The position numbers and the translations under genes are program-made. Source: Candidatus Tokpelaia sp. JSC161 (GTDB taxonomy: Bacteria > Pseudomonadota > Alphaproteobacteria > Rhizobiales > Rhizobiaceae). Taken from it: a stretch of DNA of 64,000 bases. This document shows positions 38,696 through 51,754 of this stretch, piece by piece. Every line of letters begins with the position of its first letter. The first letter of the stretch is position 1. Location: NCBI GenBank assembly GCA_003331105.1, contig QEND01000003.1, forward strand, positions 21,540 to 85,539, in the 5' to 3' direction. The notes under the pieces are model-generated. The model made no database searches. It was not told the DNA's origin and saw nothing but the letters and a program-made list of their open reading frames with translations.

Positions 38696-38742
38696 AAAAG
38701 GATCCGCACATTTTTTGCATGCTTCATGAATAAAAAAAGAAA

Positions 38743-39075
38743 TCAAGGAGTACCAGCCGCAGCTGCAAGACGTTCTTGCGCTTTTTTCCCTGGGATAGCC
38801 TTATTCGGATTATAGCGCGCAGGACGTTTAGCAAGGCTGGCCTTATCAAGAAAACGTAAAACACGATCTGTTGGTTTAGCACCCTGACCCAGCCAATACT
38901 TGACCCGCTCCACGTCGAGTTGCGTATGTTTATCCTCTTCCTGGAGAATTGGATTCCACCAACCTACTTTTTCAAGAAAACGACCATCTCGCGGACTACG
39001 CGCATCAGCAACAACAATGTGATAATAAGGTCGTTTTTTAGAACCGGCACGGGCCAACCGAATTTTTAATGACAT
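38743..39075 (-). CDS. rpsP: 30S ribosomal protein S16
   Basis: [33 protein letters not shown]... Confidence 0.95.
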   Translation of the reverse strand: MSLKIRLARAGSKKRPYYHIVVADARSPRDGRFLEKVGWWNPILQEEDKHTQLDVERVKYWLGQGAKPTDRVLRFLDKASLAKRPARYNPNKAIPGKKAQERLAAAAGTP

Positions 39076-39108
39076 ATAAACACTCCTGTCAGTTCGCTAG
39101 GAAACTTG

Positions 39109-39411
39109 TTATTCTTCCTGCATATCTACGACACCTTCATGATGACGCACAACCTCACGTACAATAAATTTAAAAAATCTTTCTGCAAAATCAGGATCTA
39201 AATGCGCTTTATTCGCAATAAAACGTAAACGATCAACCTGAACTCTTTCCCTGTCATGATCCACCGATGCAAGGCCAAAACGTGCTTTTAACATACCGAC
39301 GACCTCAGTACAACGGAATCTTTCTGCTAAAATATGAATCAGGGCTGCATCAAAATTGTCAATAGAATCACGGAGAACTAATAACTCTTGAGGAATCGAT
39401 TCTTCTTTCAT
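39109..39411 (-). CDS. Chorismate mutase (AroQ class)
   Basis: 100 aa. LLVLRDSIDNFDAALIHILAERFRCTEVVGMLK is the typical CM_2 helix pattern. Confidence 0.75.
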   Translation of the reverse strand: MKEESIPQELLVLRDSIDNFDAALIHILAERFRCTEVVGMLKARFGLASVDHDRERVQVDRLRFIANKAHLDPDFAERFFKFIVREVVRHHEGVVDMQEE

Positions 39412-39416
39412 TCCTA

Positions 39417-40850
39417 TTATTTCTTTCTTGGCAAACCAGGAAATCCCACATCTTGCAAAACTCTCAACGAGTTCGCATCCATATGCCTATTCTCTCCTGA
39501 GATAAGACCACCAAACACACCTTTCAGACCCTTTATCCCCCTCTGTTTCCCCATGACTTTTATAAGTTCAGCCATCTTCTTATGCATTTTTAAGAGTTGA
39601 TTGATCTCTGAGGAATTTGTACCTGAGCCTTTAGAAATACGCTTTTTTCGGCTATGTTTTAGAATCTCAGGATGAGCTCTTTCCTCCAGAGTCATAGATG
39701 AAATAATAGAAATGTACCGTTTAAACAGGCTCTCATCAAGACCAGAGAAAATCTTATTTTTTAAACCTCGCATGCCTGGTAAAAAACTGATAATGTTACT
39801 CATCCCGCCAAGCCTTTGCATCTGACGTAGTTGCTCAGCCAAATCACTCAGATCAAACCTCCCTTCCTGCATCTTTCTTGCAATCGTTTTCGCTTTGTCT
39901 AGATTAACCGTTTCAGAAGCTTTCTCAACAAAAGAAACAATATCACCCATACCAAGAATCCGATCAGCAATCCGACGAGGATAGAATCCTTCCAGTGCAT
40001 CTAGTTTCTCACCAGTGCCAATCGCTTTGATTGGCATACCTGTTACAGCACGCATAGAAAGAGCAGCACCACCACGTCCATCTCCATCCATACGCGTGAG
40101 AATAATACCGGTAATCCCGAGATATTGATCAAAAGAACGAGCAATATTAACGGCATCTTGCCCTGTCAAACTATCGGCAACAAGTAAAATTTCATGTGGA
40201 AGAACCTTGCGTCTGATCTCTCTTATTTCTTGCATTAAAGCTTGATCAATATGTGTACGGCCTGCGGTATCAAGAATAACAACATCCTGTCCGCAAAGCT
40301 TAGCCCTTTCTAGGGCATGACTAGCAATCGCAATTGGTGATTCCTCAGAATCAACCGGAAGAGTCAAAATACCCAACTGCTCCCCAAGCTGACGTAATTG
40401 CTCTTGTGCAGCTGGACGAAACGTATCAAGAGAAGCCATTAAAACTTTTTTGTTTTTCCTAAGAGTCAGACTCCTCGCAAGTTTCGCAGTTGTTGTCGTT
40501 TTACCGGATCCCTGAAGTCCTACCATCATAAGCACAACGGGCGCAGAAGCCTTCAGGCTAATCTCGACAGCTTCATGGCCGAGCATCTCAATCAGCTCGT
40601 CATGAACAATTTTAACAACTAATTCCCCTGGCTTAATAGATCTAATAATCTCAGCGCCAACCGCCTTATCTTGTACCCTCTTTATAAAAGACCGCACAAT
40701 ATCTAAAGCTACATCAGCTTCAATTAACGCGCGACGAACTTCACGTAAAGCAACAGAAACGTCTTTTGCAGAGAGAGCCCCCCTTCCGGTTAAACCAGTA
40801 AATATAGAACCTAGCCGTTCCTGCAGAGAATCAAACACCGGGGACCTCAT
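39417..40850 (-). CDS. ffh: Signal recognition particle protein Ffh
   Basis: FDSLQERLGSIF, GLQGSGKTTT, DTAGR, and a Met-rich M domain. Confidence 0.93.
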   Translation of the reverse strand: MRSPVFDSLQERLGSIFTGLTGRGALSAKDVSVALREVRRALIEADVALDIVRSFIKRVQDKAVGAEIIRSIKPGELVVKIVHDELIEMLGHEAVEISLKASAPVVLMMVGLQGSGKTTTTAKLARSLTLRKNKKVLMASLDTFRPAAQEQLRQLGEQLGILTLPVDSEESPIAIASHALERAKLCGQDVVILDTAGRTHIDQALMQEIREIRRKVLPHEILLVADSLTGQDAVNIARSFDQYLGITGIILTRMDGDGRGGAALSMRAVTGMPIKAIGTGEKLDALEGFYPRRIADRILGMGDIVSFVEKASETVNLDKAKTIARKMQEGRFDLSDLAEQLRQMQRLGGMSNIISFLPGMRGLKNKIFSGLDESLFKRYISIISSMTLEERAHPEILKHSRKKRISKGSGTNSSEINQLLKMHKKMAELIKVMGKQRGIKGLKGVFGGLISGENRHMDANSLRVLQDVGFPGLPRKK

Positions 40851-40977
40851 AAAAAAAAATCAAAGAACACCGTGGAGTGGGATATATTCCTTTTAAAAAC
40901 TATCAAAAAGCGATATCAAGCGTCCTAAAATACCAAGAACATTTTGTCAAGCTATTCCATAGCTCTCGTCTGAAGAG

Positions 40978-42405
40978 TTATGCATGGATGGGCTCTGAAA
41001 ATGTTGACAAAGCTGCTTCACGCACCGCTTCAGACAGAGTTGGATGCGCATGGCATATCCGCCCAAGGTCTTCAGATGAACCGCAGAATTCCATAAGAAC
41101 AGCGATTTCATGAATCATTTCTCCAGCACAAAACCCAATAATATGCCCCCCTAAAACACGATCAGTTTTAGCACATGCTAAAATCTTCACAAAACCATCT
41201 GTATGTCCATTCACTCGCGCACGTCCGTTAGATGTAAAAGGAAATTTACCGATTTTATAAGCAATCCCAGCAGCTTTCAGTTCTTCTTCTGTTTTCCCGA
41301 CAGAAGCAATTTCAGGTTGTGTATAGACAACAGATGGGATTACATCAAAATTAACATGCCCTCCTTTTCCTGAAAGAATTTCTGCAACAGCAATGCCCTC
41401 ATCTTCTGCTTTATGAGCAAGCATAGGCCCTGTAACGACATCTCCAAGAGCATAAACGCCCGCAACACTCGTACGCCAATTTTTGTCAATCTTAATCCTC
41501 CCATCTCCATCAAGCAGGACACCTACTTCCTCCAAGCAAAGACCTTCTGTAAACGGATCACGCCCTGTTGCAACCAAAACTACATCTGCTCTCTCATGAA
41601 AAAGGCTTACGCCTTGAGCTGATTCAAAACTAACAACAACACCTTTCTGTTCTTTTTTTACAGCTATGATTTTCATACAAAGTCTATAAATAATACCTTT
41701 AGCTTCCATACACTTCTGAAAAGTCTTTGAAAGCTCTCTATCCATCCTACCAAGAACTTTATCAAGAAAATCGATCACTATTACTTTTGTGCCAAGGCGT
41801 TGCCATAAAGAACCCAACTCACTGCCAATCACACCGGCCCCAATAACAATCATACTTTTCGGGACTGTTCTTAAAGAAAGTGCGCCCGTTGAAGAAACAA
41901 TAACCTTTTCATCAAAAGAAATATCAACCCCAGGAATCGCAGCAGCCTTCGATCCTGTAGCGAGAACAATATTCTTTGTTTCAAGTACTTTCTTCCTACC
42001 GTTTTGTTCTATCACTTCGACTTTCCCGCTCTGAAGAAGACTTCCAGTCCCAACAAAATGAATGATTTTATTTTTCTTAAAAAGAAAGGTAAGACCTGTG
42101 ATATTCGCATTCACTACTGATTGCTTATGAGACATCATTTCAGCAATATCTAGCTCTGGTCTCCTCACTTTAATACCTATGCTATCAAATCCCTTGCTGA
42201 GTTCCGCGTAAATTTCTGATGCTTGCAACAAAGCTTTAGAAGGAATACAGCCAACATTAAGACACGTGCCCCCTAAAGTGTCCCGCTTTTCTACAACAGC
42301 TACTTTAAGCCCAAGCTGTGCCGCCTTAATAGCGCAAACATAACCGCCAGGACCTGAGCCTATTATTACGACATCGTACACAACCTTATTCCTTCTAAAT
42401 CGCAT
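40978..42405 (-). CDS. lpdA: Dihydrolipoyl dehydrogenase (E3)
   Basis: YDVVIIGSGPGGY, GGTCLNVGCIPSK and HAHPTLSEA. GTG 42381 behind GAAGGA is an alternative start. Confidence 0.9.
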   Translation of the reverse strand: MRFRRNKVVYDVVIIGSGPGGYVCAIKAAQLGLKVAVVEKRDTLGGTCLNVGCIPSKALLQASEIYAELSKGFDSIGIKVRRPELDIAEMMSHKQSVVNANITGLTFLFKKNKIIHFVGTGSLLQSGKVEVIEQNGRKKVLETKNIVLATGSKAAAIPGVDISFDEKVIVSSTGALSLRTVPKSMIVIGAGVIGSELGSLWQRLGTKVIVIDFLDKVLGRMDRELSKTFQKCMEAKGIIYRLCMKIIAVKKEQKGVVVSFESAQGVSLFHERADVVLVATGRDPFTEGLCLEEVGVLLDGDGRIKIDKNWRTSVAGVYALGDVVTGPMLAHKAEDEGIAVAEILSGKGGHVNFDVIPSVVYTQPEIASVGKTEEELKAAGIAYKIGKFPFTSNGRARVNGHTDGFVKILACAKTDRVLGGHIIGFCAGEMIHEIAVLMEFCGSSEDLGRICHAHPTLSEAVREAALSTFSEPIHA

Positions 42406-42469
42406 AATCGCATGTCCTATGCTTTATGCTCTCGACCAACTTCCTAAAAAAAAATAATAAGATCATTAT

Positions 42470-43615
42470 TCAAATATCAAAAATAAAGCGCTCTGGATAC
42501 TCCAGACTTTCCTTAACACGAACAAGAAAAGTAACAGCCTCCTGGCCATCAACGATCCTATGGTCATAAGAAACAGCTAAATACATCATTTGGCGGATCA
42601 CAACCTGCCCATTTATGGCGATTGGCCGTTCTCGAATCGCATGCATTCCTAGAATACCCGACTGCGGCATATTCAAAATCGGTGTGGACATTAAAGAACC
42701 ATACTTTCCACCATTTGTAATGGTAAAGCTCCCATCCTGCATATCAGAAAAAGATAATCTCCCATCACGAGCGGATTGAGCAAGACGTCCAATTTCTTTT
42801 TCAATTTCAACGATCGACAGACGATCGGCATCCCGGACAACAGGCACGACAAGCCCTTTTTCTGTACTCACAGCAATACCGATGTGTGCATAATTCTTAT
42901 AAAGAACATCATCCCCATCAATTTCAGTATTTAGTGCTGGAACCTCCTTCAAAGCACAGCAGACAGCTTTCGTGAAAAAACCCATAAAACCAAGTTTGAT
43001 TCCATGTTTTTTCTCGAAGACATCTCGATAGCGTTTGCGCAAAGTTATAACCGCCGTCATATCTACTTCGTTAAAAGTAGTTAATATCGCTGCTGTATTC
43101 TGTGCATTTTTTAAACGGCTAGCAATCGTTCTACGCAGTCTGCTCATACGAACACGCTCTCCAGCTTTCACAGAAGGAAATGCCGATTTCAGCACACTTG
43201 AATTATGCTGTCTCGATAGGGTGTTGACTACATCTTCTTTCAAAATCTGTCCACGCTTACCAGAACCTTTTACCTTATCAATCAGCAAATGATTTTCTGC
43301 AATAAGCTTCCGAGCTGAAGGCGTAGGTGTCGGGGGACCCACTTCGTTCCATTCAGATTTAGATTTTAAATGATCCTCTTCTGTAGTAATTAAAGCAACT
43401 AAATCACCAATTTCAACCGTTTCGCCTTCTTTAACAAGAACTTCTGAAAGCTGACCAGAAGCAGAAACTGGAACATCAATGGTCACCTTATCAGTTTCTA
43501 ATTCAAGTAATGGTTCATCCAGATTCAGAAAGTCTCCATTTTTTTTATACCATTTGCTGACAACAGCCTGACTAACAGCCTCTCCAAGAGCAGGAACACG
43601 AATTTCAGTTACCAT
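42470..43615 (-). CDS. sucB: 2-oxoglutarate dehydrogenase E2, dihydrolipoyllysine succinyltransferase
   Basis: [27 protein letters not shown] (lipoyl Lys)..SYDHRIVDG. Start chosen downstream of the sucA stop. Confidence 0.9.
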   Translation of the reverse strand: MVTEIRVPALGEAVSQAVVSKWYKKNGDFLNLDEPLLELETDKVTIDVPVSASGQLSEVLVKEGETVEIGDLVALITTEEDHLKSKSEWNEVGPPTPTPSARKLIAENHLLIDKVKGSGKRGQILKEDVVNTLSRQHNSSVLKSAFPSVKAGERVRMSRLRRTIASRLKNAQNTAAILTTFNEVDMTAVITLRKRYRDVFEKKHGIKLGFMGFFTKAVCCALKEVPALNTEIDGDDVLYKNYAHIGIAVSTEKGLVVPVVRDADRLSIVEIEKEIGRLAQSARDGRLSFSDMQDGSFTITNGGKYGSLMSTPILNMPQSGILGMHAIRERPIAINGQVVIRQMMYLAVSYDHRIVDGQEAVTFLVRVKESLEYPERFIFDI

Positions 43616-43637
43616 CTTTCCCATCATAAATTTCCAA

Positions 43638-46601
43638 TTATCTTCTAAAAGCATCTTCAAGCAAGGCAGCAAGCTGTTCTAAATGTTCTGACATAAGACC
43701 AGTTGCCGGAGAAGCAGAAGCAGGACGACCGACATAAACCACGACCGCGGCTTTTGCATTATTAATACATGCTAAGCCCCACTCCAGATAAGGCTTAATA
43801 AAAGACCAGGCCCCCATATTCTTAGGCTCTTCTTGACACCAAAAAACTTCAGCATTGAAAAACCTTGAAAAAGCATTTACAAGAGCTTTAGCTGGAAAGG
43901 GATATAATTGCTCAACACGTAAAATATAGATATCATCAATATTACGTTTCTCTCGCTCTTCATAAAGATCGTAATAAATCTTTCCTGAACACAAAAGAAC
44001 CCGACGGATCTTCGCATCTTTTTGAAGTTTTACATGACCAAAGTCAGCTTCATCAGGAAGCAACCGATGAAAAGAAGAATTGCCTGTCATATCCAGAAGA
44101 GAAGAAACAGCACGTTTATGACGTAGCAAGGATTTAGGGGTCATGACAATCAAAGGTTTACGAAAATCACGCTTCATCTGACGCCGCAGAATATGAAAAT
44201 AATTCGCAGGAGTTGTACAGTTGGCAACCTGTATATTATCTTCTGCGCAAAGTTGAAGATAACGCTCTAAGCGTGCAGAAGAATGCTCTGGACCTTGCCC
44301 ATCAAAACCATGCGGTAATAAACAAACAAGACCTGACATTCTAAGCCATTTACGTTCGGCAGAAGAAATAAACTGATCAAAAATAACTTGCGCACCATTG
44401 GCAAAATCGCCAAATTGCGCCTCCCAAAGCGTCAGACAACGTGGATCGGCTAACGAATAACCATATTCAAAACCAAGAACAGCTTCTTCCGAGAGCATTG
44501 AATTGACAACTTCGTAAAGAGCTTGCCTTGTCTGTATATGATTAAGAGGAATATAACGATCTTCGTTTTCCTGATCATAGAGTACACTATGGCGTTGGGA
44601 AAATGTGCCACGCTCGACATCTTGTCCAGAAAGACGTATGGGATGTCCCTCAATCACTAAAGAACCAAAAGCAAGAGCTTCTGCTGTTGCCCAATCAATT
44701 CCCTCCCCTGTCTTAATCATCCTATATCTGTTATCAAGAAAGCGCTTTACAGCACGATGGAGAGAAAATCCATTTGGTACCTCAACTAGCTTAGATCCAA
44801 TTTCTTTCAGAGTTTCCATTGGAAGACTCGTTGATCCGCAACGTCGCTCATCGGAACTATCAGCAACCCGTAATCCTCTCCATATTCCATCAAGCCAATC
44901 CGCTTTATTCGGTTTATAGGCACTTGAAACTGAAAATTCATTTTCAAGTTTATCCCGCCATGCCTTTTTACTAGCCTTTATTTCTTCCGCAGTTACTAAC
45001 CCTTCTTTGATAAGCCTATCGCTATAAAGATCCAGTGTTGTCTTATGATCACGAATGGCCTTATACATCAATGGCTGAGTAAACGAAGGTTCATCTCCTT
45101 CATTATGCCCAAAACGGCGGTAACAAAACATATCGATAAGTACTGGCTTATGGAACAGCTGACGAAATTCTGTTGCAATCTTTGCCACATAAATCACAGC
45201 TTCAGGATCATCTCCATTAACATGAAAAATTGGCGCCTCAATCATCTTTGCCGTATCAGATGGATAAGGAGAAGAGCGGGAGAAGCGCGGGCTTGTCGTA
45301 AATCCTATTTGATTATTAATGATAAAATGCAAAGAACCTGCAACACGATGACCTTTAAGACTAGAAAAACCAAACATCTCAGCTACAACACCCTGCCCGG
45401 CAAAAGCTGCATCACCATGAACAAGTAATGGCATAATTCTCGCCCGCTCACTCAAAGACACCATATCCGTACGGCTAATACCAGCTAAATAATCCTGTTT
45501 AGCACGTGCCTTCCCCATGACAACTGGATTAACAATTTCAAGATGTGATGGATTAGGAAGTAAGGATAAATGTACCCTATTCCCATCAAATAAACGATCA
45601 GACGAAGCTCCTAAATGATACTTAACATCCCCAGAACCTTCCACAGACCCAGGTTTATAGGATCCTCCCTTAAATTCATGAAAAATAGCTCTATGAGGCT
45701 TAGACATAACCTGTGATAGAACATTCAGACGACCACGATGGGCCATACCTAATACAACTTCTCTGACACCAAGCTCTCCTCCACACCTAATAATCTCCTC
45801 AAGTGCAGGAATAAGGGACTCAGCACCATCAAGACCAAAGCGTTTTGTACCCTTGTATCTAAGATCCAGAAATTGCTCAAATCCTTCAGCTTCAATCAAC
45901 TTTTGCAGAATAGCCTTCTTCTGTTCCTTTTTAAATTCAACCCTTTTTTCTGGACCTTCAATTTTCCCTTGTATCCACGATTTTTGTTCAGGATTGGAGA
46001 CATGCATGAATTCCACACCAATAGTTGAACAATAGGTCCGGTTTAAAATTTCAAGAATTTCAGGAATTGTCGCATATTCAAGACCCAAAACATTGTCAAT
46101 AAAAATCTTACGGCCATAATCTTCCGGAAGAAACCCATACACTTTCGGTGAGAGTTCGTTATATTTCTCTGCCCGCTCTTCCAATTGCAACGGATCAAGG
46201 CGTGCTTTTAAATGTCCTCGAACACGAAACGCCCGAATCATCATAATAGCACGGACAGAATCCTGTGTAGCTTGAAGAAGATCTTCTCGTTTTAAATTGT
46301 TTTCTGACTGACAAAAACTTTTTCTCTGTAATCTATCTGCTATATGCCTTTCGACCTCAGAGTAAGTTCCATCAAGAGCAGAAACTTCATCATCTGACGC
46401 TCCGATCTGCTTTCCTAACTTTCCTAAAAAATAATTATTCTCTCCACACCTCTGCAGCGCTTCAAAAAATTTACGCCACCCATCATCAACCCTAGCTGGG
46501 TCTTTCTCATATTCTGCGTAAAGCCAGTCAAGATAACGAGCATTACCACTGTAAAGAAATGAGGTAATGGTAAAGAAGTTTTTGTCCTTTTCCTGCACCA
46601 T
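43638..46601 (-). CDS. sucA: 2-oxoglutarate dehydrogenase E1 component
   Basis: From ATG 46601: [35 protein letters not shown]..., about 987 aa with a TPP-binding region. Confidence 0.93.
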   Translation of the reverse strand: MVQEKDKNFFTITSFLYSGNARYLDWLYAEYEKDPARVDDGWRKFFEALQRCGENNYFLGKLGKQIGASDDEVSALDGTYSEVERHIADRLQRKSFCQSENNLKREDLLQATQDSVRAIMMIRAFRVRGHLKARLDPLQLEERAEKYNELSPKVYGFLPEDYGRKIFIDNVLGLEYATIPEILEILNRTYCSTIGVEFMHVSNPEQKSWIQGKIEGPEKRVEFKKEQKKAILQKLIEAEGFEQFLDLRYKGTKRFGLDGAESLIPALEEIIRCGGELGVREVVLGMAHRGRLNVLSQVMSKPHRAIFHEFKGGSYKPGSVEGSGDVKYHLGASSDRLFDGNRVHLSLLPNPSHLEIVNPVVMGKARAKQDYLAGISRTDMVSLSERARIMPLLVHGDAAFAGQGVVAEMFGFSSLKGHRVAGSLHFIINNQIGFTTSPRFSRSSPYPSDTAKMIEAPIFHVNGDDPEAVIYVAKIATEFRQLFHKPVLIDMFCYRRFGHNEGDEPSFTQPLMYKAIRDHKTTLDLYSDRLIKEGLVTAEEIKASKKAWRDKLENEFSVSSAYKPNKADWLDGIWRGLRVADSSDERRCGSTSLPMETLKEIGSKLVEVPNGFSLHRAVKRFLDNRYRMIKTGEGIDWATAEALAFGSLVIEGHPIRLSGQDVERGTFSQRHSVLYDQENEDRYIPLNHIQTRQALYEVVNSMLSEEAVLGFEYGYSLADPRCLTLWEAQFGDFANGAQVIFDQFISSAERKWLRMSGLVCLLPHGFDGQGPEHSSARLERYLQLCAEDNIQVANCTTPANYFHILRRQMKRDFRKPLIVMTPKSLLRHKRAVSSLLDMTGNSSFHRLLPDEADFGHVKLQKDAKIRRVLLCSGKIYYDLYEEREKRNIDDIYILRVEQLYPFPAKALVNAFSRFFNAEVFWCQEEPKNMGAWSFIKPYLEWGLACINNAKAAVVVYVGRPASASPATGLMSEHLEQLAALLEDAFRR

Positions 46602-46731
46602 GGTTCCATCAGAATGCGATGTTCCGTCTCCTTGTCTCCAAATTATAACAGAAAACTCAGCCATGCACAACACCGTGCAATCGGCATATTGCGGCTCATG
46701 AGTCAGGATAAATAGATAACATTTTTGCTTT

Positions 46732-47634
46732 TTATCCTCTCAAAATATGAGCTAAGGTCTTTCCAATCTTAGCTGGAGATGGGGAAAGATGGATTCCCGC
46801 TGCCTCCATAGCCGCCATTTTATCTACTGCATTGCCTTTCCCATCAGAAACAATTGCACCAGCATGTCCCATTGTCCGACCCAAAGGGGCAGTATATCCA
46901 GCAACAAACCCAACTACTGGTTTTTTCTTGCCTCTTTTAGCCTCGTCAATTAGAAATTGTGCCCCGTCTTCTTCAGAACATCCTCCAATTTCACCAATCA
47001 TAATAATTGAATCTGTTTCTTCATCAGCAAGAAATAATTCTAATATATCAGTAAACTCCGTTCCCTTTATAGGATCACCACCAATCCCCACTGCGGTTGT
47101 CTGACCAAACCCTTCATGAGTCGTTTGAAAAACAGCTTCATAAGTCAGAGTCCCCGATCTTGAGACAATACCAACAGAACCATTTCTAAAAATTGACCCC
47201 GGCATAATGCCAATTTTGCATTCTCCTGGTGTCAAAATACCTGGACAGTTCGGCCCAATCAAACGTGAGTGCGATTTCTCTAATAATGCTTTGACCCGCA
47301 CCATATCAAGAACCGGAATCCCTTCTGTAATACAGACAATGAGACTCATTTCAGCGCGAATAGCTTCAATGATCGCTTCTGCTGCTCCAGAAGGCGGCAC
47401 ATAAATCACAGATGCATCAGCACCTGTTTCCTGTTTAGCCTCTGCAATAGATGCAAAAACAGGAACAATTCGTCCATCACTACTTATCCAGCTATCCCCT
47501 CCCTTCTCAGGGTGCACACCACCAACCACCTGTGTATCATAATAAGCAAGAGCCTGTTCTGTATGGAATGTCCCTGCTTTTCCGGTCAATCCCTGAACGA
47601 GAATCCTAGTATTCTTGTGAGCAAGAATCGACAT
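46732..47634 (-). CDS. sucD: Succinyl-CoA synthetase alpha subunit
   Basis: [30 protein letters not shown] and GHAGAI. The ATG lies 4 nt after the sucC stop. Confidence 0.93.
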   Translation of the reverse strand: MSILAHKNTRILVQGLTGKAGTFHTEQALAYYDTQVVGGVHPEKGGDSWISSDGRIVPVFASIAEAKQETGADASVIYVPPSGAAEAIIEAIRAEMSLIVCITEGIPVLDMVRVKALLEKSHSRLIGPNCPGILTPGECKIGIMPGSIFRNGSVGIVSRSGTLTYEAVFQTTHEGFGQTTAVGIGGDPIKGTEFTDILELFLADEETDSIIMIGEIGGCSEEDGAQFLIDEAKRGKKKPVVGFVAGYTAPLGRTMGHAGAIVSDGKGNAVDKMAAMEAAGIHLSPSPAKIGKTLAHILRG

Positions 47635-47638
47635 GTCT

Positions 47639-48835
47639 TCAAACTCCATTTATCGATGCAACAATTTTTTCTACAGCAGAATCAAGATCATCAGCAGAAA
47701 TAATATTTAAATGACTATCCTCCAAAATTTTCTTACCCTTTTCAAGATTAGTTCCCTCAAGACGAATAACAATGGGCACTTTGACCCCCACCTCCCTGAT
47801 AGCAGAGATGACCCCTTCAGCAATAACATCACAACGCATAATCCCGCCAAAAATATTGATTAAAATTCCTTTAACATTTGGATCTTCAACAATAATTTTA
47901 AAGGCTGCATTCACTTGATCTTGCGATGCTCCACCACCCACATCCAGAAAATTTGCTGGTTCAGCACCATATAATTGGATAATATCCATCGTTGCCATCG
48001 CTAAGCCAGCCCCATTAACCATGCAACCAATATTCCCGTCCAGCGCTACATAAGCTAATCCATGTTTTGACGCCTCAATTTCTTTAGCATTTTCCTCAGA
48101 AATATCACGTAATGCTACAATATCCGGATGACGAAATAACGCATTGTCATCAAAAGAAATTTTTGCATCCAACACTCGCAGATGACCATTATCCATCACG
48201 ATCAAAGGATTGATCTCTAAAAGACTCATATCTTTTTCTAAAAAAGCATTGTAAAGCCGAGGAAAAAGCATCAATCCATCTTCCCTGGCTAATCCATCAA
48301 GAGCTAGAGCGTCGACAAGACTCCTCGTATCGACAGGCGTTACCCCCTTATCCGGATCAACCGATAAAGTGATAATTTTATCTGGTCTTTTCTCAGCTAT
48401 AACTTCAATATCCATGCCACCTTCCGTAGAAACAATAAAAGTAACACGACAAGAAGATCGATCTACGATAAGAGAAAGATAAAGTTCTCTTTGAATTTTT
48501 GCACCACTTTCAATATAAATAAGACTGACTTTCTTACCAGAACACCCAGTTTGCTTGGTTACTAAAGTACAGCCAAGCATTTCTTTGACATGAGCTACGA
48601 CCTCATCAACGGAATAAGCAAGTCGGACCCCACCTCCAGCATTACTATTGAGCTCTTTAAATTTTCCCTTTCCGCGACCTCCTGCATGAATTTGACTTTT
48701 GACCACATAGAATGGTCCATGAAGCTTTTGAAGCAATTCCTCAGCCTGTTTCACAGAATAAACAGCAATACCATCAGCAATGGGTGCACCGTATTCATTT
48801 AGTAAGCGTTTAGCTTGATATTCATGGACATCCAT
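47639..48835 (-). CDS. sucC: Succinyl-CoA synthetase beta subunit
   Basis: [12 protein letters not shown]..., [18 protein letters not shown]. Confidence 0.95.
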   Translation of the reverse strand: MDVHEYQAKRLLNEYGAPIADGIAVYSVKQAEELLQKLHGPFYVVKSQIHAGGRGKGKFKELNSNAGGGVRLAYSVDEVVAHVKEMLGCTLVTKQTGCSGKKVSLIYIESGAKIQRELYLSLIVDRSSCRVTFIVSTEGGMDIEVIAEKRPDKIITLSVDPDKGVTPVDTRSLVDALALDGLAREDGLMLFPRLYNAFLEKDMSLLEINPLIVMDNGHLRVLDAKISFDDNALFRHPDIVALRDISEENAKEIEASKHGLAYVALDGNIGCMVNGAGLAMATMDIIQLYGAEPANFLDVGGGASQDQVNAAFKIIVEDPNVKGILINIFGGIMRCDVIAEGVISAIREVGVKVPIVIRLEGTNLEKGKKILEDSHLNIISADDLDSAVEKIVASINGV

Positions 48836-48865
48836 TGATTTATCCCTCTTTCATAAACCATTGAT

Positions 48866-49840
<975 letters not shown>

Positions 49841-49978
49841 TTAAGTTTTTTTGAGGAGAATCATTATTCCCCGTATGACGCCGCATGACACGATGCCATA
49901 AAATAGTTTTTTTGCCCAGTTTTGATTAAGAGAAAGCAAAAAAAAATACAACTAATTATTATTCTGCAGAAGAATAAA

Positions 49979-51127
49979 TCAAACACTTTCATTCTCTTCT
50001 GATTTGTCTAGCCAGCTGCGCAAATAATCCTTGCTCTGCATTTCGAAAAGACGTGAAACTGTCCGCTCAAATTCAAAACTTTCTGTGCTTCCCGTGCATC
50101 CTTGATATAATTTATCCGGCAAAGCATTTGCAGAAATGACAAGCCGTACATGATGAATGTAAAATGTATCAATCAGTAAAATAAAACGCTTCGTTTCATT
50201 GCGTAAGAAATCATCGAGAATTGGAATCCCATCAATGAAAAATGTTCTATACCTAGAAACTAACACCCTATAATCAAAGACAGAGAGTGGTTTACAACAT
50301 AGATCAGAAAAATTAAATCTAGCTGCAGACACAGAAGCACGCGGCACATTGAGGACATGCCCGCGTAGATTAATTTCAACATCCTTTTCTTCAAAACCAC
50401 AGCATATTTCTCTCCAAGCACTATCCATATCTGTGTCAGATTCTTCACAAAGAGGAACCATATAGATAGCTTTATGGAAAGGCTTTTTTTCTAAACGGTA
50501 ATCCGTGATCTTATCAAGATGAATGATTTCAAGATTCTTGTTCAGTATCTTAATGAATGGAGAAAAAAGTTCACGGTTGAAACCATCACGGTAAAGCTCA
50601 GCTGGAGCTACATTAGATGTCAAGATAACAATAACCCCTTTCTGGAAAAGCATTGAAAACAAGCGGGACAAAATCATCCCATCAGCTATATCTGTTACCG
50701 CGAATTCATCAAAACAAAGAATAGAAGCCTCTTTCGCCAAGACTGTAGATAAATCGTAAAAAGAATTATCTTTCCCTAAACTACGATACCGATTCATCCG
50801 TTCGTAAACATCATTCATGAAATCATTAAAATGAACACGCCGCTTTCCAGAATCCGGCAAACAAGAAAAAAACAAATCCATGAGCATAGTTTTACCACAA
50901 CCGGCCTTTCCATAAAAATAAAAACCTTTGATCAAGCTATTCTGTTCACGCTTAAAAAACCTACTGAACAGATTATTTCGAGCAGACCTTTGCTCTATGA
51001 CCTGAAGAAGCCTATCATAATAGGAAATTGCAGAGATCTGAACCGAATCCGAAGAAATTTTCCCTGCCTTCACCAACTCATTATAACGTAATTGTATTCT
51101 ACCCATACAGTCCTTTCCAAAAATCAT
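49979..51127 (-). CDS. zapE: Cell division protein ZapE (AFG1-like ATPase)
   Basis: Walker A GKAGCGKTMLMD and Walker B ILCFDEF. ATG 51127 lies 1 nt after the upstream stop; ATG 51106 is also possible. The ORF-track start at 51229 overlaps the upstream gene. Confidence 0.8.
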   Translation of the reverse strand: MIFGKDCMGRIQLRYNELVKAGKISSDSVQISAISYYDRLLQVIEQRSARNNLFSRFFKREQNSLIKGFYFYGKAGCGKTMLMDLFFSCLPDSGKRRVHFNDFMNDVYERMNRYRSLGKDNSFYDLSTVLAKEASILCFDEFAVTDIADGMILSRLFSMLFQKGVIVILTSNVAPAELYRDGFNRELFSPFIKILNKNLEIIHLDKITDYRLEKKPFHKAIYMVPLCEESDTDMDSAWREICCGFEEKDVEINLRGHVLNVPRASVSAARFNFSDLCCKPLSVFDYRVLVSRYRTFFIDGIPILDDFLRNETKRFILLIDTFYIHHVRLVISANALPDKLYQGCTGSTESFEFERTVSRLFEMQSKDYLRSWLDKSEENESV

Positions 51128-51128
51128 A

Positions 51129-51611
51129 CTAGCGACTGAGAACAACCTCGATCCCTGAAAAAGTTTTACCTTCAAAAGAATTGCCATCAGGAGAAGAAAG
51201 CATAGCAATAGGAACACCTGTGTTATCATAAAATATCAGCTTAGAACCACTAAGAGCCCAGGATTTTACATTTAAAAAACTAAAAGGACAATGCATAGGT
51301 CCCGCTCTATACCCCTGACCAAATTTTGTCTGAGGCGTAGCAATCTGGCAGCCCATACCGCCGATTGAAGCCTTCCAAACACCAGCCACAGCCGAAGGAT
51401 TTAACTCAACACCTGTCTCAGCTTTTTCCATGATATCATCTGGAGAATCTGGTGGAGGTAGGGTACTTTGCGAAATATGCCCAAGCGAAGCTGCCTGAAA
51501 AGCAGTCGTTTCTGAAGAACGGCTTTTCAAGCTTTCCAAAGAACATCCAGAAAACGGCAGAAGCACACTGATAACAATTAGAAAAAAAAATTTTTTTAAC
51601 CTGTTGTCCAT
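51129..51611 (-). CDS. omp19: Omp19-type outer-membrane lipoprotein (protease inhibitor Inh family)
   Basis: Signal peptide with lipobox LLPFSGC. AVAGVWKASIGGMGCQIATPQTKFGQGYRAGPMHCP...VVLSR closely parallels the Brucella Omp19 core as I recall it. Confidence 0.75.
   Translation of the reverse strand: MDNRLKKFFFLIVISVLLPFSGCSLESLKSRSSETTAFQAASLGHISQSTLPPPDSPDDIMEKAETGVELNPSAVAGVWKASIGGMGCQIATPQTKFGQGYRAGPMHCPFSFLNVKSWALSGSKLIFYDNTGVPIAMLSSPDGNSFEGKTFSGIEVVLSR
51582..51597 (-). repeat. A7-T9 homopolymer pair (coding-strand sense) in codons 6-10 of omp19
   Basis: The plus strand reads A9 (51582-51590) then T7 (51591-51597). The coding strand reads AAAAAAATTTTTTTTT, encoding KKFFF. Confidence 0.9.
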
Positions 51612-51754
51612 GTTGTGCCCCTATCAAAGCTAAAAAAGCGTCTTCCCTTCGGATAAAAATTTCATGCGCACAGATATCGTATCCATTCTTCTTACAATAG
51701 AATATAAAAATTCTACTAATTTTTTTTGCGGGGGATATGAGAGGATTAGATAAA

